From Leptolyngbya cf. ectocarpi LEGE 11479 (lineage in GTDB: Bacteria > Cyanobacteriota > Cyanobacteriia > Phormidesmidales > Phormidesmidaceae), in NCBI RefSeq assembly GCF_015207065.1, contig NZ_JADEXP010000011.1:1-43011 (forward strand): 43,011 nt of DNA, read 5' to 3'. The position numbers were made by a program, and so were the translations under genes. The notes beneath the pieces were generated by a model. That model was not told the origin of the DNA, ran no database searches, and saw only the letters and a program-made list of their open reading frames with translations. Positions 1 to 9,050 of this stretch are shown here, piece by piece (position 1 is the first letter of the stretch; each line of letters begins with the position of its first letter).

Positions 1-633
1 AATTCCCAGAGCCTTGAGGTAAGGCAACTTTTCACGAATGCCCTGTAGTGTGCCGCCATGGCTTGTATGTGGGGAATTGAGATCATAAGGAACAAACCCC
101 AAACGGTGTCGGTTTTCAACCGTATCTTGGGCAAAACGGTCAATGATTAATGAATAAAATAACCGATTAGCCCAGTCTTGAGGCCCTGAGGAGATGGCAA
201 CAGTTGGCTTGGGGCCATACAGTGCGTGCCCATCCACCACATCTAAGAAAACAGACTCAACTTGTGACATAGACTGGAGTGCCTCATCACACACCATTAA
301 GCGACGGGTGAGCTGACTCGTATGCCTGGCTCCATGGCGATCGTCATAGCCCAGTCGATAACAATAGCCCGTTCCATTAGAGCCAGCTGAAAGGGTGACC
401 GTGAACAGCTTAAAACAGCTTTCTGTGATCCCGACCTCCTGAGCCGCGACACATTGACTCGATTGCTCTCCCTGAGCATTCTGAATCTCCAGGAGAATAT
501 AACCATGAATCGGATAACGAGCTAGCGAGACACCAAATTTTATCTGAATCAACTCGTCACTGCTAAATACCCATTGAAAGGGTGCAACAGCTGACTCGAG
601 ATGAATCTCGCAATACTCTTCAAAGTAACGCAT
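1..633 (-). CDS. GH13 alpha-amylase-family glycoside hydrolase, N-terminal 211 codons (3' end lies beyond the left window edge)
   Basis: Absent from the supplied ORF track because it runs off the edge. The reverse-complement frame from ATG (633..631) is open to position 1: MRYFEEYCEIHLES...PQDWANRLFYSLIIDRFAQD...HGGTLQGIREKLPYLKALGI. The FYxxxxDRF string and GGxxxGIxxKLxYLxxLG(I/V) are the usual opening of an alpha-amylase catalytic barrel. Confidence 0.75.
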   Translation of the reverse strand, partial: MRYFEEYCEIHLESAVAPFQWVFSSDELIQIKFGVSLARYPIHGYILLEIQNAQGEQSSQCVAAQEVGITESCFKLFTVTLSAGSNGTGYCYRLGYDDRHGARHTSQLTRRLMVCDEALQSMSQVESVFLDVVDGHALYGPKPTVAISSGPQDWANRLFYSLIIDRFAQDTVENRHRLGFVPYDLNSPHTSHGGTLQGIREKLPYLKALGI

Positions 634-957
634 AGGGCTCAATTATATACAAAGGCACGAAGCAGCAATTTGGAACTCCGCAACATAATTATTGTCAAGT
701 TGACCTCGCCGTTCCACAGATGAAACTTGCTAATACCCTGTGAGAATATTCCAGAAATTACATAACCGTGAATTCACATAATATTCACTTTCAAGAAAGT
801 TGATCTGAAATAGAGCAACAATCATGCATTTCAGCCCAGCGGCCTTTTATGAGTCTTCTGAATCAACAATATTGTTGGCACAATTTTCGCTAGCGATGCG
901 CTCTCACCTGAAAACTACGCTTTGCCCGCTTAATATTCAAAACCCGAAATTACAATA

Positions 958-1281
958 TCACATCTCTGAAGATTGCCACAAATTGTCATGAATTGCCATA
1001 AGAACTACATTGCCTAACCACAACTCTCGACCATAGCTAATGAATAAGAGGCCTGCAGCAAAAAAGGACACTCGATCTACGGGTATTTCATTTTCGAGCC
1101 AGTCCCTAAACTCTATGAACGTGAAACTGTACCAACAGCTCCATAAATGGGCATCTCTGTAGGTTTTATACTTTCTCACTTTAAAGAAAGACAAAGTGGT
1201 AAAAAATTCACCACTTTGTCCTTTTTGCTGCTTTAATAGTTCTGACTCGTAAATTCCAGGCACTATTACATCGTTATTCAT
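958..1281 (-). CDS. hypothetical small protein (107 aa), Trp/Phe-rich; coding status uncertain
   Basis: Only an open frame in an AT-rich 1.3-kb spacer. I recognise no motif and see no clear ribosome-binding site. Confidence 0.3.
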   Translation of the reverse strand: MNNDVIVPGIYESELLKQQKGQSGEFFTTLSFFKVRKYKTYRDAHLWSCWYSFTFIEFRDWLENEIPVDRVSFFAAGLLFISYGRELWLGNVVLMAIHDNLWQSSEM

Positions 1282-1929
1282 TACCCAAAGACTTATTCGT
1301 TGATTAACGTCTAAGTCACAGCGAATATGTCATATCAAAATCGAATGCGCCGTTGCTGTGTAGATACCGTCATGGCTGCCTTCCAGTAGCACCAAGTCTT
1401 AAGATGCCGAATACCTGCCTAGGAGACTTTGTATATAGGAAAACTAGTATGTAGTATGTGAGTCTGCAAACATCTATTACTAAGTGATCTTTGAGATGAA
1501 GCCTTGCAATTGAAAGGTTTTGACAACTTCTGGCATGAACTGATTCTTCTAACGTTTTTACCTGGGTTCAATATGTATTATTTGCAGTCTATTTGAAAGC
1601 TGCTAAGTAACGCTTGGTCATTTTTTAGCGTGGATTTAAATTCTTTAGCTATACCTGGTAGGCGTTTTTTGTTGATGTTCAGAGGCTGGCTGACATTGTA
1701 ACTTCCTAAATGTAGTTTCTACGTAATTTCCCGGGTGAGTTCATTTAAGCTTTAACTTATATTGTTTTGGTGTCTTCACTTTTGGACATTCGTTTATTTA
1801 GTTCTAGTTTTGGATCTCAACATAGAGGATAGGGTTATTTATGGACGCGCTTAGGGAAAGCTGACTGTTTCGCTCACAGACATTTATTGCGTTTATGCGA
1901 ATTTTACGTAAACGATTTTTATTAGTAGA

Positions 1930-4900
1930 TTGATGAAAATATCAATGGGGCTGAACTCCAGCAAGAACGGTCTGAGTGAGAGCGTTAGAGAGCGGGCTCG
2001 TTGCCAAACTTTGGTAGAGTTGTTGCGGTCTCAAGCTGCTCGGCAGCCTGAGAAAACGGCATATATTTTTCTCCAAGATGGTGAGAGTGAATCGGGTCGC
2101 TTGACCTATTCGGCCTTGGACTGCCAGGCACGTCATATTGCTGCTCAGCTTCAGGCGATCTGTGCTCCTGGTGCTTGTGCTCTCTTGGTATATCCTTCTA
2201 GCCTTGAGTTTATTGCCGCCTTCTTTGGCTGTCTGTATGCCGGTTTAGTGGCGGTGCCTGCCTATCCGCCTCGGGCAAACCAAAATGCGAATCGTCTGCA
2301 GGCAATGTTAGGTGATGCAGGCGCGAGTGTCGTTTTGACGACAACAAAACTTCAACCCCAGCTCCAGTCACGCCTTGAAGAGGACTACGCATCAGTTTTA
2401 TCGCTTCATTGGCTGGCGACCGATGGCAGTCCTGCAAAGCCTCCCCCTGTTTGGCAGGCTCCTGATACTACGGCAACGACGCTAGCCTTTTTGCAATACA
2501 CTTCTGGATCGACCGGTGCCCCCAAAGGAGTGATGCTGAGTCATGGGAATCTAATATATAACGAGCGCATGATTGAGGTAGCCTTTGGCCATACCGATCA
2601 GACTGTTATGGTTAGTTGGTTGCCGCTGCATCATGATATGGGCCTGATTGGCAATGTGCTACAGCCCCTATACTTAGGTATCCCCTGTACTCTGATGCCA
2701 CCTGTGGCCTTCTTGCAAAGGCCAGTGCGGTGGTTACAGGCAATTTCTCGCTATCGGGCAACGACCAGTGGCGCTCCTAATTTTGCCTATGAACTTTGCC
2801 TAAGTCGCATTTCAGCTGAGCAGCGAGCAAACTTAGATTTAAGCAGCTGGGATGTCGCCTACAGTGGGGCGGAGCCAGTGCGCTATGGTACCCTACGACG
2901 GTTTGCTGAGGGGTTTGCAGCTTGCGGGTTCCGTTGGCCATCATTGTATCCGTGCTATGGCATGGCAGAAACTGGTTTGTTGGTGTCGGGGGGCGTAAAA
3001 ACCCAGCCTCCAGTAGTGTTTCCTGCAGAAGGAGAAGCGTTAGCTCAAAACCAGGTAGTCATAGCTAATGAGAGTTCACCTAATCATCAAAGGTCTAATT
3101 GCCAAACGATTGTGGGGTGTGGCCAAACTTGGTTAGAGCAGCAGATTATTATTGTCGATCCTGAGCAGTTAACCCGCTGCCCGCGCGATCAAGTAGGTGA
3201 GATTTGGGTTGCGGGTCCTCATGTTGCCCAGGGCTATTGGCAATGTCCCCAAGAAACCGCAGACACGTTTTATGCCTACACGTCTGACACTGGGGAAGGC
3301 CCCTTTCTGCGGACAGGAGATTTGGGCTTTTTTCAAAATGGTGAACTGTTTGTCACGGGACGGATCAAGGATCTAGTGATCATTCAAGGCCGCAATCACT
3401 ACCCCCAGGATATTGAGCTAACCGTAGAACGAAGTCATCCAGCCTTGCGTGTCTCTGGGGGAGCAGCCTTTGGCATTGAAGTTAATGGTCAAGAACAGTT
3501 AGTCGTAGTTCATGAGGTTGAGCGTCGCTATTTACGCCAGCTGCCATCGGATGAAATTTTTCAGACGATACGACAAGGCGTTTCTGAGCATCATGATTTA
3601 CCGCTGTATGCGGTTCAACTACTCAGGCCCGGCAGTTTGCCAAAAACATCGAGTGGCAAGGTGAAGCGGCGTACTTGTAAAGCTGAGTTTGGACGGGATG
3701 GGTTAAACTCTGTTGCTACCTGGTGCTTAGGTTCAGTTCCTCAGGCCCCAAGTCGAAAGCGTGAGGTGCAGACGGTGGTTACTCCTGGTATTCTCAATGC
3801 TGCAACTATTCGCGATTGGTTGATTGAACAGGTGGCTAGCCAGCTGCATGTCGCTGCCGACGAGATTGATATTCATGAACCCCTGGCACACTATGGCTTA
3901 AGTTCAGCGATCGCTGTTGGTCTATCGGGGCAGCTACAGGATTGGCTGGGTCGGACGGTTTCTCCAGCACTGTTGTACGATTATCCCACCATTGCCAGTT
4001 TGGTTCAGTATTTAGTCAGTGATGCAGTGGCAGTGCCACCACGGCTAGCTCAGGCTCACTCCAGATCTGATGCGCAATCTATGTCCGCTCAGTCAAATGC
4101 CGTTGCCGTCATTGGTGTAGGCTGTCGTTTTCCAGGTGCGCCTAGTCCAGATGCGTTCTGGGAATTATTGCGCACTGGTCAGGATGCTATTGCTCCGGTC
4201 CCCCATCATCGTTGGACGATGGGAGATGGAGGTGCAGCTAACTATTGGGGAGGTTTCTTAAATGGGGTAGATCAGTTTGACGCTGAATTCTTTTCTATTT
4301 CGCCCCGTGAGGCCACCCGTTTGGACCCTCAACAGCGGTTTTTACTGGAGGTGAGTTGGGAGGCATTGGAAAACGCTGGCCTGGCTGCAGAGGCGCTAGC
4401 AGGCACTCAGACAGGCGTATTTGTGGGGATCAGCACTTCAGATTATGGTCATTTACAGCGCCATGACACGGACCAATTAGATGCCTATGTGGGGACCGGA
4501 AGTGCGCTGAGTATGGCCGCTAATCGGCTCTCTTATAGTTTAGATTTGCGGGGCCCCAGTCTGGCGGTTGATACCGCCTGTTCCTCCTCTCTGGTAGCGG
4601 TTCATCAAGCCTGCCAAAGTCTTCGACAGCAAGAATGCTCTCTCGCCCTGGTGGGGGGTGTGAATTTAATGCTGACCCCCGATTTGACAACAGCGTTTTC
4701 GCGGGCTCAGATGATGGCAGCAGATGGTCGTTGTAAGACATTTGATGCCGACGCTGATGGCTACGGGCGGGGTGAAGGATGTGGGGTGGTTGTGCTGAAG
4801 CGGTTGGAGGATGCGATCGCAGACCAAGACACTATACTGTCCGTGATTTTAGGCTCCGCCATTAATCAGGATGGCTGCAGTAATGGCCTGACAGCTCCCA

Positions 4901-7900
4901 ATGGGTTAGCCCAACAAGCTGTGATCGCTCAAGCGATGGCAAACGCTGGAGTGCAACCAGCTCAGGTGAGTTATGTAGAGGCGCATGGCACCGGTACTGC
5001 TCTGGGAGATCCCATTGAGATGGGTGCCCTCAAAGCAGTGCTGATGCAGGGACGAGATCTAAACGCTCCTTGTTGGATTGCATCACTTAAGACCAACATC
5101 GGACATTTAGAAGCCGCTGCAGGTATCGCAGGCTTGATTAAAGGGGTGCTTTCCCTACACCATGAGAAGATTCCACCCCATTTGCACCTCAAGCAGCTAA
5201 ATCCCTACATCAGTTTAGAGGAGACTCCTCTCACCATCCCCACAGTCTTGACAGACTGGCCGAGCGAGACTGGGCGCATTGCCGGGGTCAGTTCCTTTGG
5301 CTTTGGCGGCACCAATGCCCATATTATATTGTCAGATTTCCCTAACTTGATGGTGCCTGGCAATCAAGAGAACGGTAATCAAGAGAGTTCCCCGCCAGAA
5401 CCATCCCACTATCTGCTGACACTATCTGCTAAAGACAATAGTGCACTACGTGCTTTAGCTCAACGATATCGTGAGTATGTGTTTCGTCATCATCCTGAGG
5501 TATCAGTAGCTGATATCTGTTTTAGTGCCCAGACGGGACGATCTCACCTGGTTCATCGTCTGGCGATTGTGCATGACTCATCTGAGCACTTAGGGCAGCA
5601 GCTAGAAGCATTTGTTTGTGGAGAAGAGACCCCTGGCTGTCTAAACAGTATTGGTGAGAGAAAAGCTCAAAAAAACCTTAAAAATCTGTTCAAAATTGGC
5701 TTTCTATTTACCGGTCAAGGGTCTCAGTATGTGGGTATGGGACAACAGCTTTACACCACCCAGCCTGTTTTTCGCCAAGTTCTAGATCAGTGTGCCGAGA
5801 TTTTAGATCCCTGGCTGGATATCCCCTTGTTGAACGTTTTGTACCCTCAGCAATCCCATAGCGGCCCGTCAGCGGCGGCGGATCTGATTCATCAGACCGC
5901 CTACGCACAGCCTGCTCTGTTTGCCTTAGAGTATGCCCTATATCAACTGTGGCGTTCGTGGGGGATTGAAGCCGATGTTGTGATGGGGCACAGCGTCGGT
6001 GAATATGTAGCTGCTTGTGTAGCAGGGGTCTTTAGTCTAGAAGCCGGGTTAAAGCTGATTGTAGCCCGAAGTAGGTTAATGCAGCAGCTACCAGCTGTTG
6101 GAAAGATGGTTTCCCTAATGGCATCGCCAGAGCAGGCTAGAGCAGCTATCTCATCCACGTCTTCGACAGCAGCGGTGGCTATTGCTGCCATTAATGGTCC
6201 CAAAAGTACGGTTGTTTCTGGTAATGCTACCGCCGTACAGTCCTTGGCCGATTACTTTAACAGCCAGGGAATCAAAAGTCGCTTTCTTCAGGTTTCTCAC
6301 GGGTTTCACTCTCCCTTGATGGAACCTATGATCGCGGAGTTTGCTCAGATTGCTCAGCAAATTACCTATGCCCCTCCTCAACTACCCCTGGTTTCCAACG
6401 TCACTGGAGAACTGGCCACTGCTGAGGTTGCAACCCCTGACTATTGGTGTCGTCATATTCTTGCCCCGGTAAACTTTATCGCTGGTATGAGCACTCTGCA
6501 GCAGCAAGGTGTGGAGTGCTTTGTAGAATGTGGACCTCAGCCAATGTTGTTAGGCATGGGGCGGCAGTGTTTATCGGAGGATATGGGAGTCTGGCTGCCT
6601 AGCCTGAGATCAAGAAAAGATGATTGGCAGCAACTGCTCACTAGTCTGGGTGAGTTATACGTGAGAGGTGCAAACGTTGATTGGGTCGGGTTTAACCAGC
6701 ATTACACTCGTCATAAGGTGATGTTGCCCACGTATCCTTTCCAGAGGCAACGATACTGGATTCAAACGTCTGATAGGGGGTCTATAACAAACCCCATGGC
6801 CTCACCCAGTCAAAGTACGTCCATTGTGCACCAGCTAACTCAGGGGAAAACTCAGCAGCTGGCTCAACAGTTGCAGCATACTGGCGCTCTATCCCAAGCC
6901 GAAATGGCTTTAATGCCCAAACTTCTAGACCTGGTAGCTCAACAGCATCAACATCAATTAACCGCAGCCAATGTTCACGATTGGCTGTATCAAGTGCAAT
7001 GGCAATTGTTATCTCCAGCCCGGCTACAGTCTACTGCTGAGCCCAGCCATTGGTTAGTGTTTGCAGACTCAACGGGGGTGGCACCCGTCTTGGCTACTCA
7101 GCTACGACAACGGGGCCATCAGTGCACCCTAGTCTACCAGGCAGAGGATTATCAGCAGCTGGCCCCTGGGACTTATCAGCTTAATCCAGCCAATTCCCAA
7201 TCGTTTGAGAGTCTCTGTCGGGCTGCGATCGCAACCAGCCAACTCCCCTTAAGCCATATCATTCATCTCTGGAGTTTAGATGCTCCATCCAGCGCAGACC
7301 TGACCATCGAGACTTTAGAAAAGTCCCAAGTTCCAGGCTGTGGCAGCGTTCTACACCTGGTGCAGGCTTTAACTAACAATGCTGACATAACGCCCGTTCA
7401 ACTATGGCTTGTAACTCGTGGGAGCCAGTCTGTTCTGTCGTCCCCGACCGCACCATCCCCAACCAAAGCACTTACCATTGCCCAAACTCCACTGTGGGGA
7501 TTGGGTCGCGTCGTCTCGCTAGAACATCCTCAGCTATGGGGGGGGCTGATAGATTTGGACCCTCAGGAGACTCAAGATGAAGTCAGGTTAATGCTTGAGC
7601 AAATTGAATCTCATCTGCCAGAAGAGCACTTAGCGATACGTGCCGGGGCTGTCTATGGTGCCCGATTAGTGCCAAGTCCCTTGCCAGTATCTTCATCCGT
7701 ATGTTTGCGCGCCGATGGCACATATCTAATTACAGGAGGACTAGGAGCCCTGGGTCTTCACACGGCTCAGTGGTTAATAGATAAGGGAGCAAAATATCTA
7801 GTATTAGTCAGTCGTCGTCCTCCAAATGAATCCGCCCAGGCCGCTATTGCTCACCTGCAGCAGCAGGGAACTCAAGTGCTTGCTATGGCAGCGGACGTGT

Positions 7901-8895
7901 CTGTTCAGGCTGATTTGAACAAAGTATTGCAACACATTAAGGCGACTCTTCCGTCTCTAGCAGGAATTATTCATGCTGCTGGAACAGTAGAGATTAAACC
8001 ATTACAACAGATGGAACTTGACCAACTGAAAGCGATAATGCGCCCCAAAGTTTTGGGAGCATGGTTGCTACACCAGCTGACTCAGGAGCAGGAGCTAGAC
8101 TTTTTTATTAGTTTCTCGTCTATTGCAGCAGTATGGGGTTCCTATGGCCAGGCTCACTACAGTGCTGCCAATCATTTTTTAGATGGGTTAGCCCATTATC
8201 GTCAGGCGTTAGGATTAAAGAGTTTTAGTGTCAACTGGGGACCCTGGTCCGATGGTGGCATGTCCGATAAGGTAGTATCTGTCGAGTTACAAAAACGAGG
8301 GGTTAAACCGTTACAACCGGTACAGAATTTGGCGGCTCTAGACCAGATACTTGCCTCTGACAGGACTCAGATAACTGTTACTGATGTTGATTGGAGTTTA
8401 TTTAAACCGCTATACGACTTTGGCAAACAGCGATCGCTTTTAGAGGCTCTAGAGAATTTAGGATTAGCCTCGTCAGTAGCAAATCAGCAAACGGTTATCC
8501 CAAAAAACAATCAACAGGGCGAGCAGATTTTAGCCAGGCTTCAGACAGTAGAAGAGCCCGAAAGATCGGATATTTTAATGCGTCACTTGCAGTCAAAAGT
8601 TGCAACGGTGCTCGGTTTACGCTCCTCTCAATATCCCGATCCTGATAAAGATCTGATCAAATTAGGCATGGATTCTTTGATGGTGGTTGAACTGCAAAAT
8701 TGGTGCCAAAGAGAGCTAGGTATCCACATCCCTATTGTCAAATTTATGCAAGGCGGCAGTCTGAGCGATCTTCTGATTGAGGTGAATCAACAACTGCGAC
8801 AGCTAATAGATGCAGGCTATCCTCAAGACCAAGAGATAAACGCTCAACAATCAATGAATGAGAAGGCTAGTAACTGGATTGAAGTAGAACTATGA
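1930..8895 (+). CDS. Hybrid loading/extension megasynthase: FAAL-ACP-KS-AT-KR-ACP (fatty acid activation plus one malonyl extension, beta-keto reduced)
   Basis: 2321-aa ORF. The track uses TTG 1930; in-frame ATGs at 1933 and 1945 are alternative starts. Ordered motifs: YTSGSTGAPKG (acyl-AMP ligase), HYGLSSA (carrier), DTACSSS / EAHGTGT / NIGHLEAAAG (KS), GHSVGE / HGFHS (AT), GGLGALG / YSAAN (KR), LGMDSL (carrier). No DH, ER or MT motifs. Confidence 0.95.
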   Translation: MMKISMGLNSSKNGLSESVRERARCQTLVELLRSQAARQPEKTAYIFLQDGESESGRLTYSALDCQARHIAAQLQAICAPGACALLVYPSSLEFIAAFFGCLYAGLVAVPAYPPRANQNANRLQAMLGDAGASVVLTTTKLQPQLQSRLEEDYASVLSLHWLATDGSPAKPPPVWQAPDTTATTLAFLQYTSGSTGAPKGVMLSHGNLIYNERMIEVAFGHTDQTVMVSWLPLHHDMGLIGNVLQPLYLGIPCTLMPPVAFLQRPVRWLQAISRYRATTSGAPNFAYELCLSRISAEQRANLDLSSWDVAYSGAEPVRYGTLRRFAEGFAACGFRWPSLYPCYGMAETGLLVSGGVKTQPPVVFPAEGEALAQNQVVIANESSPNHQRSNCQTIVGCGQTWLEQQIIIVDPEQLTRCPRDQVGEIWVAGPHVAQGYWQCPQETADTFYAYTSDTGEGPFLRTGDLGFFQNGELFVTGRIKDLVIIQGRNHYPQDIELTVERSHPALRVSGGAAFGIEVNGQEQLVVVHEVERRYLRQLPSDEIFQTIRQGVSEHHDLPLYAVQLLRPGSLPKTSSGKVKRRTCKAEFGRDGLNSVATWCLGSVPQAPSRKREVQTVVTPGILNAATIRDWLIEQVASQLHVAADEIDIHEPLAHYGLSSAIAVGLSGQLQDWLGRTVSPALLYDYPTIASLVQYLVSDAVAVPPRLAQAHSRSDAQSMSAQSNAVAVIGVGCRFPGAPSPDAFWELLRTGQDAIAPVPHHRWTMGDGGAANYWGGFLNGVDQFDAEFFSISPREATRLDPQQRFLLEVSWEALENAGLAAEALAGTQTGVFVGISTSDYGHLQRHDTDQLDAYVGTGSALSMAANRLSYSLDLRGPSLAVDTACSSSLVAVHQACQSLRQQECSLALVGGVNLMLTPDLTTAFSRAQMMAADGRCKTFDADADGYGRGEGCGVVVLKRLEDAIADQDTILSVILGSAINQDGCSNGLTAPNGLAQQAVIAQAMANAGVQPAQVSYVEAHGTGTALGDPIEMGALKAVLMQGRDLNAPCWIASLKTNIGHLEAAAGIAGLIKGVLSLHHEKIPPHLHLKQLNPYISLEETPLTIPTVLTDWPSETGRIAGVSSFGFGGTNAHIILSDFPNLMVPGNQENGNQESSPPEPSHYLLTLSAKDNSALRALAQRYREYVFRHHPEVSVADICFSAQTGRSHLVHRLAIVHDSSEHLGQQLEAFVCGEETPGCLNSIGERKAQKNLKNLFKIGFLFTGQGSQYVGMGQQLYTTQPVFRQVLDQCAEILDPWLDIPLLNVLYPQQSHSGPSAAADLIHQTAYAQPALFALEYALYQLWRSWGIEADVVMGHSVGEYVAACVAGVFSLEAGLKLIVARSRLMQQLPAVGKMVSLMASPEQARAAISSTSSTAAVAIAAINGPKSTVVSGNATAVQSLADYFNSQGIKSRFLQVSHGFHSPLMEPMIAEFAQIAQQITYAPPQLPLVSNVTGELATAEVATPDYWCRHILAPVNFIAGMSTLQQQGVECFVECGPQPMLLGMGRQCLSEDMGVWLPSLRSRKDDWQQLLTSLGELYVRGANVDWVGFNQHYTRHKVMLPTYPFQRQRYWIQTSDRGSITNPMASPSQSTSIVHQLTQGKTQQLAQQLQHTGALSQAEMALMPKLLDLVAQQHQHQLTAANVHDWLYQVQWQLLSPARLQSTAEPSHWLVFADSTGVAPVLATQLRQRGHQCTLVYQAEDYQQLAPGTYQLNPANSQSFESLCRAAIATSQLPLSHIIHLWSLDAPSSADLTIETLEKSQVPGCGSVLHLVQALTNNADITPVQLWLVTRGSQSVLSSPTAPSPTKALTIAQTPLWGLGRVVSLEHPQLWGGLIDLDPQETQDEVRLMLEQIESHLPEEHLAIRAGAVYGARLVPSPLPVSSSVCLRADGTYLITGGLGALGLHTAQWLIDKGAKYLVLVSRRPPNESAQAAIAHLQQQGTQVLAMAADVSVQADLNKVLQHIKATLPSLAGIIHAAGTVEIKPLQQMELDQLKAIMRPKVLGAWLLHQLTQEQELDFFISFSSIAAVWGSYGQAHYSAANHFLDGLAHYRQALGLKSFSVNWGPWSDGGMSDKVVSVELQKRGVKPLQPVQNLAALDQILASDRTQITVTDVDWSLFKPLYDFGKQRSLLEALENLGLASSVANQQTVIPKNNQQGEQILARLQTVEEPERSDILMRHLQSKVATVLGLRSSQYPDPDKDLIKLGMDSLMVVELQNWCQRELGIHIPIVKFMQGGSLSDLLIEVNQQLRQLIDAGYPQDQEINAQQSMNEKASNWIEVEL
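2008..3690 (+). other. FAAL domain (fatty acyl-AMP ligase)
   Basis: Motifs FLQYTSGSTGAPKGVMLSHGNL, WLPLHHDMGLIG, YGMAETGL, GDLGF...GRIKDLVI..GRN and LPKTSSGKVKR, fused directly to a carrier domain. This is the FAAL architecture rather than a CoA ligase. Confidence 0.9.
3799..4017 (+). other. ACP 1 (loading carrier)
   Basis: LAHYGLSSAIAVGLSGQL. The phosphopantetheine Ser lies in GLSS (about 3901-3906), a variant of GxDS. Confidence 0.8.
4099..5334 (+). other. Ketosynthase (KS)
   Basis: VAVIGVGCRFPGA; active-site Cys in DTACSSSL (codon 4579-4581); EAHGTGTALGDPIE; KTNIGHLEAAAG; GFGGTNAH. Confidence 0.95.
5692..6765 (+). other. Acyltransferase (AT), malonyl-type
   Basis: GFLFTGQGSQYVGMG; catalytic Ser in GHSVGE (codon 5992-5994); HGFHS (6298-6312) at the HAFH/YASH specificity position, closest to the malonyl HAFH form. 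Confidence 0.85.
6976..8265 (+). other. Ketoreductase (structural plus catalytic subdomains), A-type by sequence rules
   Basis: YLITGGLGALG (about 7720-7752). Catalytic Tyr in HYSAAN (8158-8160). Trp eight residues upstream of it (SSIAAVWGSYGQAHY) and no LDD motif (HAAGTVEIKPL) point to an A-type KR, so an L-3-hydroxyl is expected (inference). Confidence 0.8.
8569..8785 (+). other. ACP 2
   Basis: LIKLGMDSLMVVELQN; Ser codon 8674-8676. Confidence 0.9.
8892..8895 (+). promoter_or_regulatory. ATGA stop/start overlap coupling the PKS and NRPS-1 genes
   Basis: The PKS stop TGA (8893-8895) overlaps the NRPS ATG (8892-8894), which suggests translational coupling. Confidence 0.8.
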
Positions 8896-9050
8896 AATTA
8901 GCTGATTTTTTGCAAGATCTATCACTCCAGGGTGTCAAGTTATGGGCAGATGGTGATCGTCTTCGCACGGCTGGTTCTCAGACAGTGTTGACCTCTAATG
9001 TGGTTGAACAGCTCAAGCAACACAAAAGCGCTATCTTGCAGCTGCTCCAC
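8892..9050 (+). other. TubC-type N-terminal docking domain
   Basis: MKLADFLQDLSLQGVKLWADGDRLRTAGSQTVLTSNVVEQLKQHKSAILQLL matches the G(V/I)xLWxxGDxLR...L(T)xxxxxxLxxxKxxILxLL pattern of beta-hairpin docking domains at the N termini of NRPS subunits. Confidence 0.8.

Noticed and set aside
297-506. The 69-aa minus-strand ORF from the track
   Set aside because: It is out of frame with, and completely inside, the edge-truncated GH13 reading frame (1-633), which is much better supported.
1929-1946. A Fur box in front of the cluster, expected if the product is a siderophore
   Set aside because: ATTGATGAAAATATCAAT is an AT-rich inverted repeat, but it matches the GATAATGATAATCATTATC consensus at only about 6 of 9 positions in the best local register. 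It also overlaps the start codon. I found no better candidate in 634-1929 by eye, so I make no Fur-site call.
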